A DNA stretch of 64,000 bases from a virus: positions 60,056-124,055 of IMG/VR virus record IMGVR_UViG_3300010885_017276; one strand, given 5' to 3'. Below, in pieces: positions 1-8,687 of this stretch (position 1 is the first letter of the stretch; the number at the start of each line of letters is the position of its first letter). The position numbers and the translations under genes are program-made. The notes under the pieces are model-generated. The model had not been told where the DNA came from. It saw only the letters and a list, made by a program, of their open reading frames with translations, and ran no database searches.

Positions 1-172
1 TCTAGTAAAAATTGGTATGGAACCGGCCTTTGATATAGATCCGGAAATAAAAGAGAAGACTTTGTGGATGGAAGAGGAAGTTTACGCAAGTGCATTGACA
101 GATTTTTTTCACAAGAAGCCTATCGATTACTCGAAGAAAATGAAAGCATATAACGAAGAAGAATTATTTTAA
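1..172 (+). CDS. nrdB: Ribonucleotide reductase beta subunit, C-terminal fragment (partial)
   Basis: Frame 2 reads ...WMEEEVYASALTDFFHKKPIDYSKKMKAYNEEELF*, the typical class Ia R2 tail (DFF...Y...F). It ends 1 nt before nrdA. Confidence 0.85.
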   Translation, partial: LVKIGMEPAFDIDPEIKEKTLWMEEEVYASALTDFFHKKPIDYSKKMKAYNEEELF

Positions 173-173
173 T

Positions 174-1820
174 ATGAAGAATTATTATTGGTTAAACCAA
201 GACTCAAGAACTTTTTTGAGTAAAGATTATTTATTACCGGGAGTTACCCCCGAAGAAAGAATACGAGAAATCGCAGACACAGCCGAAGAAATCCTAGGCA
301 TTGATGGGTTTGCAAATAAGTTCGAGGACTATATGTCTAGAGGGTTCTATTCATTAGCCACTCCAGTTTGGATGAACTTTGGGTTAGACCGTGGGTTACC
401 TATCTCTTGCTATGGTATTGACATCCAAGATGATACTATGGACATCTTGAGGTCAGCTGCTGAGATCGGGGCTTTGACCAAGATGGGTGGAGGGACTGCA
501 GGATTCTTTGGTAAGCTAAGAGGTAGAGGTGCTAAGATTAAAAATAACGGAGTTTCAAATGGAGCAGTTAGTTTTATGTCTTTGTTCCAATCTACCACAA
601 ACATAATCACACAAGGCCAAGCAAGACGAGGTTACTTTGCTGCTTATCTACCGGTTGACCATCCGGATATCGAGGAGTTCTTACAATGCCGTGAAGAGGG
701 CAACGCAATCCAAGATATTGCTATTGGTGTTTGTATCTCAGATGAGTGGATGGAGGCAGTAGAAGCCGGAGACAGCGATAAAAGAAAGGTATTAGCTAAG
801 ATACACCAAAAGAGAGCAGAGACAGGTTTCCCTTATATCTTCTTTACCGGTAATGTTAACAAAAACAAACCGGAAGTCTATAAGAATAAACACATGGATA
901 TCAATCACTCTCAGATGTGTACTGAAATCTTAGAATACACAGATGACAAAAAGAGTTTTGTTTGTTGTTTGTCCTCTTTGAACTTGTTACATTGGGATGA
1001 GATAAAAGATACAGATGCTATCGAAACTTTGGCTTACTTCTTAGATGCAGTATACTCAGAGTTCATAAAGAAAGCAGACAATGTCCCCTTTATGGAAAAG
1101 GCCGTGCTTTTTGCAAAAGAACACAGAAGTATCGGTATTGGGGTTCTAGGTTGGCATAGCTTCTTACAATCTAAGATGATACCATTTGAGGGGCTAGAGT
1201 CTAAGATGCTGAACGCAGAGATATTTAGAACCATCAACGATAAGAGTTTGATTGCTAGTATGAGGTTGGCTACTATATATGGAGAGCCTAAGATGTTAGA
1301 AGGTTACGGTCAGAGGTTTACCACTAGACTAGCAATTGCCCCTACTACTAGTTCATCATTTATCCTAGGACAAGTTAGTCCAAGTATCGAGCCACTACAT
1401 TCAAACTACTTTATCAAAGATTTAGCTAAAGGTAAGTTTGTTTATATTAACCCTTACTTGAAACAGCTACTAGAAGATAAAGAACAAGACACTCCGGAAG
1501 TATGGAGAAACATTTTGTCTAAGGGAGGTTCAGTACAGCACTTGGATTTCTTGGATGAAAGAGAAAAAGGAGTATTCAAAACCTTTGGTGAGATTAGCCA
1601 ATTAGAAATTGTGCAACAAGCCGCACAAAGACAGAAGTTTATCGACCAAGGTCAATCATTAAACCTGATGATACACCCTGATACCACACTAAAAGATGTC
1701 AATGCTTTATTCTTTGAGGCTTGGAATCTAGGTATTAAGACATTGTATTACCAAAGAAGTGTTAATATGGCTCAACAAGTAAGTCGAGATCTTATGAATT
1801 GTAGCTCATGTGAGGCTTAG
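174..1820 (+). CDS. nrdA: Ribonucleotide reductase class Ia alpha subunit (short form, no ATP cone)
   Basis: PISC, GGGTAG, SQMCTEI radical Cys, CCLSSLNL, APTTSSS, QGQSLNL, IKTLYY and C-terminal CSSCEA. Confidence 0.97.
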   Translation: MKNYYWLNQDSRTFLSKDYLLPGVTPEERIREIADTAEEILGIDGFANKFEDYMSRGFYSLATPVWMNFGLDRGLPISCYGIDIQDDTMDILRSAAEIGALTKMGGGTAGFFGKLRGRGAKIKNNGVSNGAVSFMSLFQSTTNIITQGQARRGYFAAYLPVDHPDIEEFLQCREEGNAIQDIAIGVCISDEWMEAVEAGDSDKRKVLAKIHQKRAETGFPYIFFTGNVNKNKPEVYKNKHMDINHSQMCTEILEYTDDKKSFVCCLSSLNLLHWDEIKDTDAIETLAYFLDAVYSEFIKKADNVPFMEKAVLFAKEHRSIGIGVLGWHSFLQSKMIPFEGLESKMLNAEIFRTINDKSLIASMRLATIYGEPKMLEGYGQRFTTRLAIAPTTSSSFILGQVSPSIEPLHSNYFIKDLAKGKFVYINPYLKQLLEDKEQDTPEVWRNILSKGGSVQHLDFLDEREKGVFKTFGEISQLEIVQQAAQRQKFIDQGQSLNLMIHPDTTLKDVNALFFEAWNLGIKTLYYQRSVNMAQQVSRDLMNCSSCEA

Positions 1821-1843
1821 TTTTATATTTAATTTTTTGTTTG

Positions 1844-1870
1844 AACCCTCTAGAAATAGGGGGTTTTTTT
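1844..1870 (+). terminator. Intrinsic terminator
   Basis: aaccctcta-gaaa-tagggggtt hairpin followed by a T-tract, directly after nrdA. Confidence 0.85.
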
Positions 1871-1895
1871 ATGATAAAAAATATTTAACAAAAAG

Positions 1896-1927
1896 CTTGT
1901 GTATGTTAAAGAATATTTATATCTTTG
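1896..1927 (+). promoter_or_regulatory. Bacteroidota-type -33/-7 promoter
   Basis: cTTG-N20-TATCTTTG matches the TTTG / TAnnTTTG consensus. Confidence 0.8.
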
Positions 1928-1953
1928 CAGAGTAAAATTAAAACATTAGAATT

Positions 1954-2277
1954 ATGCACACAATAACAGTATGCCCAAGATGCGACAAGGACTTTATGTA
2001 TCACCAAACAGATGTGCATTTGCATAGAGCAGTTGCGTGGGATGCAGACACCAATGAGCCGTGTTCCTTTGAAACACTTTGCCAAGATTGTGACCTAGAA
2101 GAAAAGTGGGTCGGCAAAGAAGTTAAAGTCAAGGGGGATGGCTATGATACGCATTTGAATAAGTATAAGCTAGTTGTCACAGACATTGTTAGTGAAGAGT
2201 TCCCTATAACAGTTAAAATTGGGGATACTGATAGCTTTGAATGGTTTAACGAAAACGAATTAATTTTAGTTGAATAG
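1954..2277 (+). CDS. Hypothetical protein with Zn-ribbon (CxxC...CxxC)
   Basis: CPRC and CQDC motifs; lies directly after a promoter. Confidence 0.7.
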   Translation: MHTITVCPRCDKDFMYHQTDVHLHRAVAWDADTNEPCSFETLCQDCDLEEKWVGKEVKVKGDGYDTHLNKYKLVVTDIVSEEFPITVKIGDTDSFEWFNENELILVE

Positions 2278-2279
2278 AT

Positions 2280-2819
2280 ATGTACAGATTTAATCAAGAG
2301 AGATTAGCCTACGAAAAGGTTAATGTTTGGAAATACATCGGGATGATGGCATTTTCATTAATTATTGTGGTTACACTAAGCTCCTTTGTTTGGAAGGAAA
2401 TTGTAGTGGTTAGAGCTGAGAAAGAGATTGTCCTTAAGACAAACGAAGATTTCTCCAAAGACAAACTTATTGTAGAGATACAGAAGTATTCTTTTAAGTA
2501 CCCCGATATTATTATGGCTCAAGCTATCGTTGAGAGCAGCCATTTTAAATCTCCCGTCTTTGTACAAAACCACAATATGTTTGGTATGAGGCAAGCTATG
2601 ATTAGAATAAGCACAGCACAGGGCTCAAATCTAAATCATGCCTACTATGATAGCTGGAAGGATTGCGTGGCTGACAGAGCTTTATATGAAGCACAGTACC
2701 TATCTAAACTATCAAGAGACCAATACTTTGCTTACTTAGACCAAGTTTACGCTGAAGGCTCAGGATACAGCCAACTATTAAAAAATGTAATTAAAAAGAA
2801 TAACCTATGCCGGATATAA
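2280..2819 (+). CDS. Membrane-anchored glucosaminidase (GH73-like peptidoglycan hydrolase)
   Basis: N-terminal TM helix, AQAIVESSHF (catalytic Glu), NMFGM, Y-x-x-W and C-terminal YAE..Y motifs. Confidence 0.8.
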   Translation: MYRFNQERLAYEKVNVWKYIGMMAFSLIIVVTLSSFVWKEIVVVRAEKEIVLKTNEDFSKDKLIVEIQKYSFKYPDIIMAQAIVESSHFKSPVFVQNHNMFGMRQAMIRISTAQGSNLNHAYYDSWKDCVADRALYEAQYLSKLSRDQYFAYLDQVYAEGSGYSQLLKNVIKKNNLCRI

Positions 2820-2989
2820 GTATGTGCAGTGGAAGAGGCTGCGAACAAAAAGAAAGGTGTTACAGACACACTGCAAAACCAAATGAGTTTAGGCAGTCTT
2901 ACTTTACTAACCCCCCATTACAAAAAGACACACAAGAGTGTGACTACTTTTGGAACAACGAAGAACAATTAACAAAAAAAGAAGAATAG
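2807..2989 (+). CDS. Small Cys-rich phage hypothetical protein
   Basis: MPDISMC..C..C pattern with a further C-terminal Cys; tight gene packing. Confidence 0.7.
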   Translation: MPDISMCSGRGCEQKERCYRHTAKPNEFRQSYFTNPPLQKDTQECDYFWNNEEQLTKKEE

Positions 2990-2991
2990 AA

Positions 2992-3210
2992 ATGATTTAC
3001 TTATTAATTTTTATGCCCTATGTGTTAGGCTGCGTTTTAGCTTACTTAGCAAGTGATTTTGCTAATACTTTTAACTACTCTATCAAGAACATTCCTTGGT
3101 ATATGAGTTCATTGTCTTGGATTTGGCTATTTGTATGTTTGTACCATATCTTGATGCTTAGAAAAGCAGGCTTTAGAGGATACGAAACAACCAAAAAGTT
3201 TGACGAGTAA
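2992..3210 (+). CDS. Small membrane protein (likely start at MIYLL)
   Basis: Two hydrophobic segments; the ATG follows the upstream stop. Confidence 0.6.
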   Translation: MIYLLIFMPYVLGCVLAYLASDFANTFNYSIKNIPWYMSSLSWIWLFVCLYHILMLRKAGFRGYETTKKFDE

Positions 3211-3216
3211 AGTAAG

Positions 3217-3747
3217 ATGATACAACAAAAAAAGAAGGTTTGTAAAAACTGTCAGACAGAGCAGTTTATTTTTTCTAAGGGCCGATGTAGGCAGTGTACT
3301 ATAATTGAAAATGCAAAGGGTACAATGGCGGTAGTTAGAAAAGCTATAACTAAGCAGACTGACAAAAATAAGCTACACCGCAAATCGCAATCTGCGATAC
3401 GAAACAGCTATTTTGAGTTCCATATAGATCTTTGCAAAGTGTCAGAGGAAAGTGGTGTAAGTATCACAGCCCCAACTAGGGCTAATATTTGCCACTTGTT
3501 TGACAAGTCTAGGCATCCCAGCTTACAGGGATGTCTTGACAACTATGTTTATCTTACCTTAGATGAACATACTAGGTTTGATAAACTTTTGTATGACCAC
3601 GAGTTCAAGAAGTTAGAGGTTGAGTACCCAAACATTTGGCCGGAGGTCGTAAACAGAATGGAGAACCTATTGGAGCTTTGTGAAGAACACACAAAGTTTA
3701 AAATTAAATTTGAAGAATACCTTGCACAATTAAAAAACAAGTTGTAA
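3217..3747 (+). CDS. Zn-finger HNH/NinG-like endonuclease
   Basis: CKNC..CRQC, then NICHLF...N...H..FD, a pattern resembling the beta-beta-alpha-metal fold. Confidence 0.55.
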   Translation: MIQQKKKVCKNCQTEQFIFSKGRCRQCTIIENAKGTMAVVRKAITKQTDKNKLHRKSQSAIRNSYFEFHIDLCKVSEESGVSITAPTRANICHLFDKSRHPSLQGCLDNYVYLTLDEHTRFDKLLYDHEFKKLEVEYPNIWPEVVNRMENLLELCEEHTKFKIKFEEYLAQLKNKL

Positions 3748-3752
3748 CTTTG
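3721..3752 (+). promoter_or_regulatory. Bacteroidota-type promoter
   Basis: cTTG-N20-TAACTTTG. Confidence 0.75.
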
Positions 3753-3768
3753 CCAAAAATTATAAGAC

Positions 3769-4002
3769 ATGATATGCACACTTAAAAAGTTAGAAGACAG
3801 ATTCGTTGTAGTCTGTGCTAAACAAGGAGAGGACTGTGACTCGGTTATAGTAGAGCAGTTTGAATTACCTGAAGATTATCCTGATACAGATCTAGTAGAA
3901 GGCAAGAAGATAGATTTTGAACCTAACAATCTGTCTTATAGAGTAGTTAACCAACATATTTTACACGTTATTAAAAAATATAATAAAAATGATAAGCTTT
4001 AA
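3769..4002 (+). CDS. Hypothetical protein
   Basis: ORF directly after a promoter, overlapping the next gene. Confidence 0.6.
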   Translation: MICTLKKLEDRFVVVCAKQGEDCDSVIVEQFELPEDYPDTDLVEGKKIDFEPNNLSYRVVNQHILHVIKKYNKNDKL

Positions 4003-4531
4003 GTATTCCGTATTGTGGAGAAATTGCTCCTTGGTAAAAAGATTTTTTAAGAACTCTTGGAAGTTTAGAAAAGAGCTGTCTAACTTCTATGATTTTAACT
4101 ACGACCTAGGGTTGTTTAGAAAAACCATAGAGTTAAACAGAAACTACATCAGAGACTATGGTATTGAAGTAGACGAAAGCAGACTAAAAAAAGTAGCAAA
4201 GATGGACAGAGCTTTGTATATTCTAGACTATTTTATAAGTGATGACTTTTTAGAATTAGCTGAAAAAGAATTAGATAAAAAGTATATAATTTCTGAATTT
4301 TGGTTTGAGCCTTGTGGTGATGATTCGGGCAGTTCTTATTTAAGAGACAATCTTACAGAAGAAGAGTCAATACAAAACCGAGAAATCCGAGCTAAAGAAT
4401 CTGAGATAAAAGATAAAATGTGGAGAGAGTTATGGAAGATAATTCAAGGGCAAGACTACAAAAAGTTTAAACGAGACAAAGATTTCTATAAGCAGTTCAA
4501 TGGTTCGGGTATATTAACTTGGTGGGATTAG
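3989..4531 (+). CDS. Phage hypothetical protein ending in WWD
   Basis: 180-aa ORF; the C-terminal WWD is a pattern I recall from phage hypothetical proteins. Confidence 0.75.
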   Translation: MISFKYSVLWRNCSLVKRFFKNSWKFRKELSNFYDFNYDLGLFRKTIELNRNYIRDYGIEVDESRLKKVAKMDRALYILDYFISDDFLELAEKELDKKYIISEFWFEPCGDDSGSSYLRDNLTEEESIQNREIRAKESEIKDKMWRELWKIIQGQDYKKFKRDKDFYKQFNGSGILTWWD

Positions 4532-4740
4532 TTATGTGGCAGGTATATGTTTTAATGGGAATAGTAGTTATATTAGTTGCTTTCCTATGGGTACAAGGTA
4601 TTGATTACGTACACAGAAATCATCCTGACTATAAAGGAGGTAAACAAGATGGCTTTGATTTTGACCACGACTTAAAAGATTGGGATGTAACAATAGGAGA
4701 TGGGTTAGATAAGTTAGAGCAAAAAGAAAAAAAACTATGA
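4519..4740 (+). CDS. Small membrane protein
   Basis: N-terminal TM helix; ATGA coupling to the next gene. Confidence 0.65.
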   Translation: MVGLVMWQVYVLMGIVVILVAFLWVQGIDYVHRNHPDYKGGKQDGFDFDHDLKDWDVTIGDGLDKLEQKEKKL

Positions 4741-5006
4741 CACTAAAAGAAAAATTTCACCAATGGTTAAAAACAGATCCATTTGGCAGTAAAGATAGAG
4801 TGACACTTAGAGAAGCACAATGTGAAGTTATAGCAGAAGAATTTGCTATAGAATTTGCAGAGTGGTTAATAGATGGTCATGTTTCTAAATTAACATTAGA
4901 AGAATTTAAAAAGCAAAAAGAAAATAATATGTGTCAATACTGTGGTTTAGAAAATGATAATCACAAACTAAGTTGTCCAGTAATTAAAGTAACAATGATA
5001 ATATGA
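4737..5006 (+). CDS. Hypothetical protein with C-terminal CxxC...H..C
   Basis: ATGA-coupled on both sides. Confidence 0.6.
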   Translation: MTLKEKFHQWLKTDPFGSKDRVTLREAQCEVIAEEFAIEFAEWLIDGHVSKLTLEEFKKQKENNMCQYCGLENDNHKLSCPVIKVTMII

Positions 5007-5104
5007 TATACTTTTTTATAATATTAATGTATGAGTTCATAAGACCAAAACTAATTTGGCTATGGTATTATTTGATTAACTATAACGACAGAAAGAAAAA
5101 ATGA
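5003..5104 (+). CDS. 33-aa hydrophobic peptide (not in ORF track), paralog of 9702..9806
   Basis: MIYFFIILMYEFIRPKLIWLWYYLINYNDRKKK*; ATGA-coupled at both ends and has a paralog. Confidence 0.75.
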   Translation: MIYFFIILMYEFIRPKLIWLWYYLINYNDRKKK

Positions 5105-5334
5105 AACAAACAGCAGTAGAGTGGTATGAGAAAGAAATTAATTCTTTGATTGAGAAATATGAAGCAAAAGAAATTTCACAAAGAGATTTTATAACAATGA
5201 AACATAATCTTTTTTATGAAGCCAAAGAAATGGAAAAGCAGCAGATTATAGATGCTTATGATGATGGAAACTATGCCTATGGTATGGGTATAAAAGAACC
5301 TGAAGAATACTACAACGAAACATTTAAAGAATGA
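5101..5334 (+). CDS. MKQTAVEW-family small protein, copy 1
   Basis: MKQTAVEW...AKEMEKQQI...YYNETFK, shared with 5963..6175. Confidence 0.8.
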   Translation: MKQTAVEWYEKEINSLIEKYEAKEISQRDFITMKHNLFYEAKEMEKQQIIDAYDDGNYAYGMGIKEPEEYYNETFKE

Positions 5335-5861
5335 AACAACCGTGTAATGCTCATGCATACGAGCAAGAAAAAAAAGAACAGCAAAAGCAATTTTTAATTG
5401 ATATGATGGAAGAAGCTGAGAAGTTAGGATTGTATGATATCTTCAATGATGAAAAGAGACAAGGTGTAAAAGATTTGATTGATACACATAAACAAAGACT
5501 TGAAAAGTATTCTGAAAGATTTGACAATGATAAATCTGAAATAGGTAACTCAGATACTTGGGGTAAAAGAGCAGTTGAAGAACCTAAACAAACAGATGAA
5601 AATGGTAAACCTATTACCTATTGGGGTGGTTTAGCAGAACCTAAACAAGAAACACTTGAAGAGGCATCTTGGAAGTTTAACCCATTAAAAAAATTAGATG
5701 GAGAATTTTTAAGACACGCATTCAAAGAAGGTGCTAAATGGCAACAAGAAAGAATGTACAGTGATATGCAAGAGTATGCTACATTTTGTATTGAATGTGA
5801 TAGAAAAGAAATGTTTTTAATATTAGCTAAAGATTGGTTTGAAACATTTAAAAACAAATAA
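5331..5861 (+). CDS. Mosaic hypothetical protein (EPKQ repeats, ends ETFKNK)
   Basis: ATGA-coupled; ends in the shared junction repeat. Confidence 0.7.
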   Translation: MKQPCNAHAYEQEKKEQQKQFLIDMMEEAEKLGLYDIFNDEKRQGVKDLIDTHKQRLEKYSERFDNDKSEIGNSDTWGKRAVEEPKQTDENGKPITYWGGLAEPKQETLEEASWKFNPLKKLDGEFLRHAFKEGAKWQQERMYSDMQEYATFCIECDRKEMFLILAKDWFETFKNK

Positions 5862-5862
5862 G

Positions 5863-5961
5863 ATGATAGAAAAAATTGGGAATGGATTTGTATTAATACT
5901 TATTGGTCTGTTATTGGTTTGGGCAATAATAATGATTTTTGAACAATTTAAAAACAAATAA
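5863..5961 (+). CDS. 32-aa single-TM peptide (not in ORF track)
   Basis: MIEKIGNGFVLILIGLLLVWAIIMIFEQFKNK*; fills exactly the space between two junction repeats. Confidence 0.65.
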   Translation: MIEKIGNGFVLILIGLLLVWAIIMIFEQFKNK

Positions 5962-5962
5962 G

Positions 5963-6175
5963 ATGAAACAAACAGCAGTAGAATGGTTATTAAAGCAATT
6001 ACAAGAAAGTGGAATACCATTACTTAAAGATGAGCTTGAATTTATTGAACAAGCCAAAGAAATGGAGAAGCAACAGATTGAAGATACTTTTGAAATAGGT
6101 TATGTTAATGGAGCAGACCATAGTTGGTCAAATGATGGAGAAAAATACTACAACGAAACATTTAAAAACAAATAA
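5963..6175 (+). CDS. MKQTAVEW-family small protein, copy 2
   Basis: First 20 nt identical to 5101, so the true start is likely 5963 rather than 5939. Confidence 0.8.
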   Translation: MKQTAVEWLLKQLQESGIPLLKDELEFIEQAKEMEKQQIEDTFEIGYVNGADHSWSNDGEKYYNETFKNK

Positions 6176-6179
6176 GATT

Positions 6180-6311
6180 ATGGAAGAATACTTAAACATT
6201 GGCGCAGTAGTACTAATGACACTAGCTGCAGCTTTGGCAATTAGTGCGTTAGCATTAGTATACATAGTAATTAAAGACTATTTAAAAACAAATAGGGTAT
6301 GGAAAAATTAA
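6180..6311 (+). CDS. Small single-TM protein (likely start MEEYL)
   Basis: Hydrophobic stretch; ATG directly after a junction repeat. Confidence 0.6.
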   Translation: MEEYLNIGAVVLMTLAAALAISALALVYIVIKDYLKTNRVWKN

Positions 6312-6523
6312 AAATCACATTTGAGCAATGGGACTACACTTGTGGGGACGGCTGTTGTACAATGTGGGGGACTAAGATGTACCTTAATGGGGAAGAGTTA
6401 GAACATCCCGATTCGGAAATACTGGATAATAGTTATTTAGGAGAGGATACACAAACAGCAGTACATGCTGTGTTAAAAAAATTAGGTTACGAAGTTGAAT
6501 TTGAAAATAAATATGAGATTTAA
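6299..6523 (+). CDS. Hypothetical protein with CGDGCC motif
   Basis: YTCGDGCC motif in a 74-aa ORF. Confidence 0.7.
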   Translation: MEKLKITFEQWDYTCGDGCCTMWGTKMYLNGEELEHPDSEILDNSYLGEDTQTAVHAVLKKLGYEVEFENKYEI

Positions 6524-6555
6524 TTAGGTTAATTAAGAATTAATTCGTAAATTTG
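6524..6555 (+). promoter_or_regulatory. Bacteroidota-type promoter
   Basis: TAAATTTG -7 element with a weak -33 (ttag) at 20-nt spacing. Confidence 0.65.
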
Positions 6556-6559
6556 CAGC

Positions 6560-6661
6560 ATGAAAAAAAGAATAGCATTTTGGTTAACTGTCGTATGGTA
6601 CATATTAGTATTTATCTTAGAGATAGTAGCCTTAGTTTGGATTATAAATAAATTCTATTGA
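6560..6661 (+). CDS. 33-aa single-TM peptide (not in ORF track)
   Basis: MKKRIAFWLTVVWYILVFILEIVALVWIINKFY*; ends 1 nt before the next ATG. Confidence 0.6.
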   Translation: MKKRIAFWLTVVWYILVFILEIVALVWIINKFY

Positions 6662-6662
6662 T

Positions 6663-7250
6663 ATGTATGTAAATTTTGAATTGTTAAAAAGTAGAGGTTA
6701 CTCTCCGGTAGATGTGATATATCTACAACTTATTAATCAGAACAAGTCAGAGAGTCTGGGGGCTACAATTGGTGATGAGATACTACCTGAGATATTAGAG
6801 GAGTATATTGATAAAGAGTTAGTCACCTTTGTAGTCCCCAAAAATAAGTCTGATACGTTGGCTAATAGGGTTAGGCTGTCTTCTAAGGGACTCGATCTTC
6901 TAGAAGAGGTACAAGTACCATCGATAAACGAAGATGACTTGAAGCTTTGTACTTGGTTAGAGGGGGTCTACAAATCAGAAAACAAGGATATAGGAAACCG
7001 TAAAAAAACTCGGATGTACATTGCTTTTTTTAGAGCTAACTCTGGGATAGAACGTAATTGTTTGGCTTTCTTATGTAAAACTTTTATGAATGATGAGAGC
7101 CAATTTGAATGGTCAAAGGTGCTTGAGTATTTATTCTTTAAACCTAGCAGTGTTTACAATGTGAAATTTGATTTAGACCAATCTCAATTATACAAGTACT
7201 ACTTAAAAAGAAAACCTTTTTTTGATAACAAATTTAAAACATTAGAATAA
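6663..7250 (+). CDS. Hypothetical protein upstream of helicase (possible initiator/loader)
   Basis: TAATG-coupled to the helicase; function inferred from position only. Confidence 0.6.
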   Translation: MYVNFELLKSRGYSPVDVIYLQLINQNKSESLGATIGDEILPEILEEYIDKELVTFVVPKNKSDTLANRVRLSSKGLDLLEEVQVPSINEDDLKLCTWLEGVYKSENKDIGNRKKTRMYIAFFRANSGIERNCLAFLCKTFMNDESQFEWSKVLEYLFFKPSSVYNVKFDLDQSQLYKYYLKRKPFFDNKFKTLE

Positions 7251-8392
7251 TGCAAATACAAAAATTTAGAGACCTGACCGTTGATGCTTTCAAGGAAATC
7301 AAGAAGTATCAGATTGGCCAAAAGGGAATTATAAAAACGGGGTTGCCCTATTTTGACGATGTATTTCCGGTTGTTAATGGCTCTGTAATTGTATTTTCTG
7401 CTGGGTCAGGTATCGGTAAAAGTTATACCTTAGCAAGGATGATTGATAGTATCTTAGACAAAAATGTAAACCCAACTGCTGAAAACTTTGCTGTACTTAA
7501 TATCTCTTTAGAGATGAGAGTCCTAAGTTTAGTACTTCGTGGTATGGCCAAGAACATCAAGTCTAAGACCAAGAAAGAAATCTTATTACAAGAGTTTACA
7601 GAGGAAGAGAAGCTACAAGCTAAGTCTTACTTTGATTCTTTGCAAGATGACCGAGTTAGTATTTCCCAAGTTCCCACTACCCCCAATAAGTTTTTTGAAG
7701 GCTGCAAAGAGTTCTTAGAGCAAAACAGAGACAAGGATTCTGTGATTATAACCGTTGACCACTTAGCTTTGATTTCCGCTGATTCCGGAGAAGCTAGAAA
7801 CGCAATCATAGAGAAGTTCATAGAGAGGGTCAATGACTTAAAGATGGTGTATGAGAATGCTATCTTTATCTTACTGTCACAGACTAACTCAGAGATGATC
7901 AAGAGAGCCAAAGACAAGGACATTATGGCACAACCACAGCCATCAGATTTGTACTATAGTCAGTTTACCTTTCAAGTTGCTGATTTTGTAGCCGTAATGA
8001 CGAACCCCACCAAGTTGGGTATTAAAGAGTACACCAAGGTAGATCCGGAGAGATATCCAAATCTAAAAAAGTTCTTCTTAGAGGAAGATAATAAAGGTAG
8101 AGTTTCATTAGAACCCTTTGGTGTAAATTATGTTCATTTACTGAAGTGTAGAGAAGCCGATGGCTTGTATTTAGATATCTACGCTGAGGAGTTAAACATA
8201 CCTGATGTAGAAAACATAAGAAAAAACAGAAGACAAGATCTAGTTTCTACTAAGGTATCCTATGATATACCGATGTTCGACAAAAAACAAGTTGAAGTTA
8301 TGCCTCCACCGCCATTAGGTAAGTTAGAGGATGCCTTTGACAGCCCTGTTGTAACAAGCGAGCCTTCCTTTGATAGTAATGCTCCATTCTAA
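7250..8392 (+). CDS. dnaB: DnaB-like (SF4) replicative helicase
   Basis: Walker A AGSGIGKS, SLEM, VDHL, LSQ.N and K.R motifs. Confidence 0.9.
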   Translation: MQIQKFRDLTVDAFKEIKKYQIGQKGIIKTGLPYFDDVFPVVNGSVIVFSAGSGIGKSYTLARMIDSILDKNVNPTAENFAVLNISLEMRVLSLVLRGMAKNIKSKTKKEILLQEFTEEEKLQAKSYFDSLQDDRVSISQVPTTPNKFFEGCKEFLEQNRDKDSVIITVDHLALISADSGEARNAIIEKFIERVNDLKMVYENAIFILLSQTNSEMIKRAKDKDIMAQPQPSDLYYSQFTFQVADFVAVMTNPTKLGIKEYTKVDPERYPNLKKFFLEEDNKGRVSLEPFGVNYVHLLKCREADGLYLDIYAEELNIPDVENIRKNRRQDLVSTKVSYDIPMFDKKQVEVMPPPPLGKLEDAFDSPVVTSEPSFDSNAPF

Positions 8393-8396
8393 CCTT

Positions 8397-8426
8397 AACC
8401 CTCCAATAACATGGGGGGTTTTTTTA
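8397..8426 (+). terminator. Intrinsic terminator
   Basis: aaccctcca...tggggggtt hairpin plus T-tract. Confidence 0.8.
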
Positions 8427-8448
8427 TTTAAAAAAATTTTACTTTTTT

Positions 8449-8480
8449 CTTGCGAGATTCAAAAATGCTCCGTATCTTTG
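8449..8480 (+). promoter_or_regulatory. Bacteroidota-type promoter
   Basis: cTTG-N20-TATCTTTG. Confidence 0.8.
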
Positions 8481-8507
8481 CACAAGAAATCTAAAAACAA
8501 AAATATT

Positions 8508-8687
8508 ATGGAAGAAGAATTAAAAAGTGTATTCCACTACTTCAGAAAAGACTTTAGTGAATTATATCCTCCGGAAGGTGCAGACAAGAATCTGATAAGA
8601 CCTGTAGATGTGTACTCTAAAACAACTGTGGAGTTAAACAAGAGACTGGGTATTCACAAAATTAACAAACAAAACAAAAGAAGATGA
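8508..8687 (+). CDS. Hypothetical protein (start MEEEL)
   Basis: The 8370 start would cross a terminator and promoter; ATG at 8508 follows an A-rich leader. Confidence 0.6.
   Translation: MEEELKSVFHYFRKDFSELYPPEGADKNLIRPVDVYSKTTVELNKRLGIHKINKQNKRR

Larger units (their letters stand above)
5841..6296 (+). repeat. Dispersed gene-junction repeat tttaaaaacaaata(a/g)g, 4 copies
   Basis: Copies at about 5841-5865, 5941-5965, 6155-6179 and 6281-6296, with a degenerate copy at about 5317-5333. Confidence 0.8.

Noticed and set aside
5841-6296. CRISPR array
   Set aside because: Spacing is irregular (100-215 nt), the intervals are ORFs, the repeat is coding and non-palindromic, and there are no cas genes.
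8370-8507. N-terminal extension of ORF 8370..8687
   Set aside because: It runs through a terminator and a promoter; ATG 8508 is the more plausible start.
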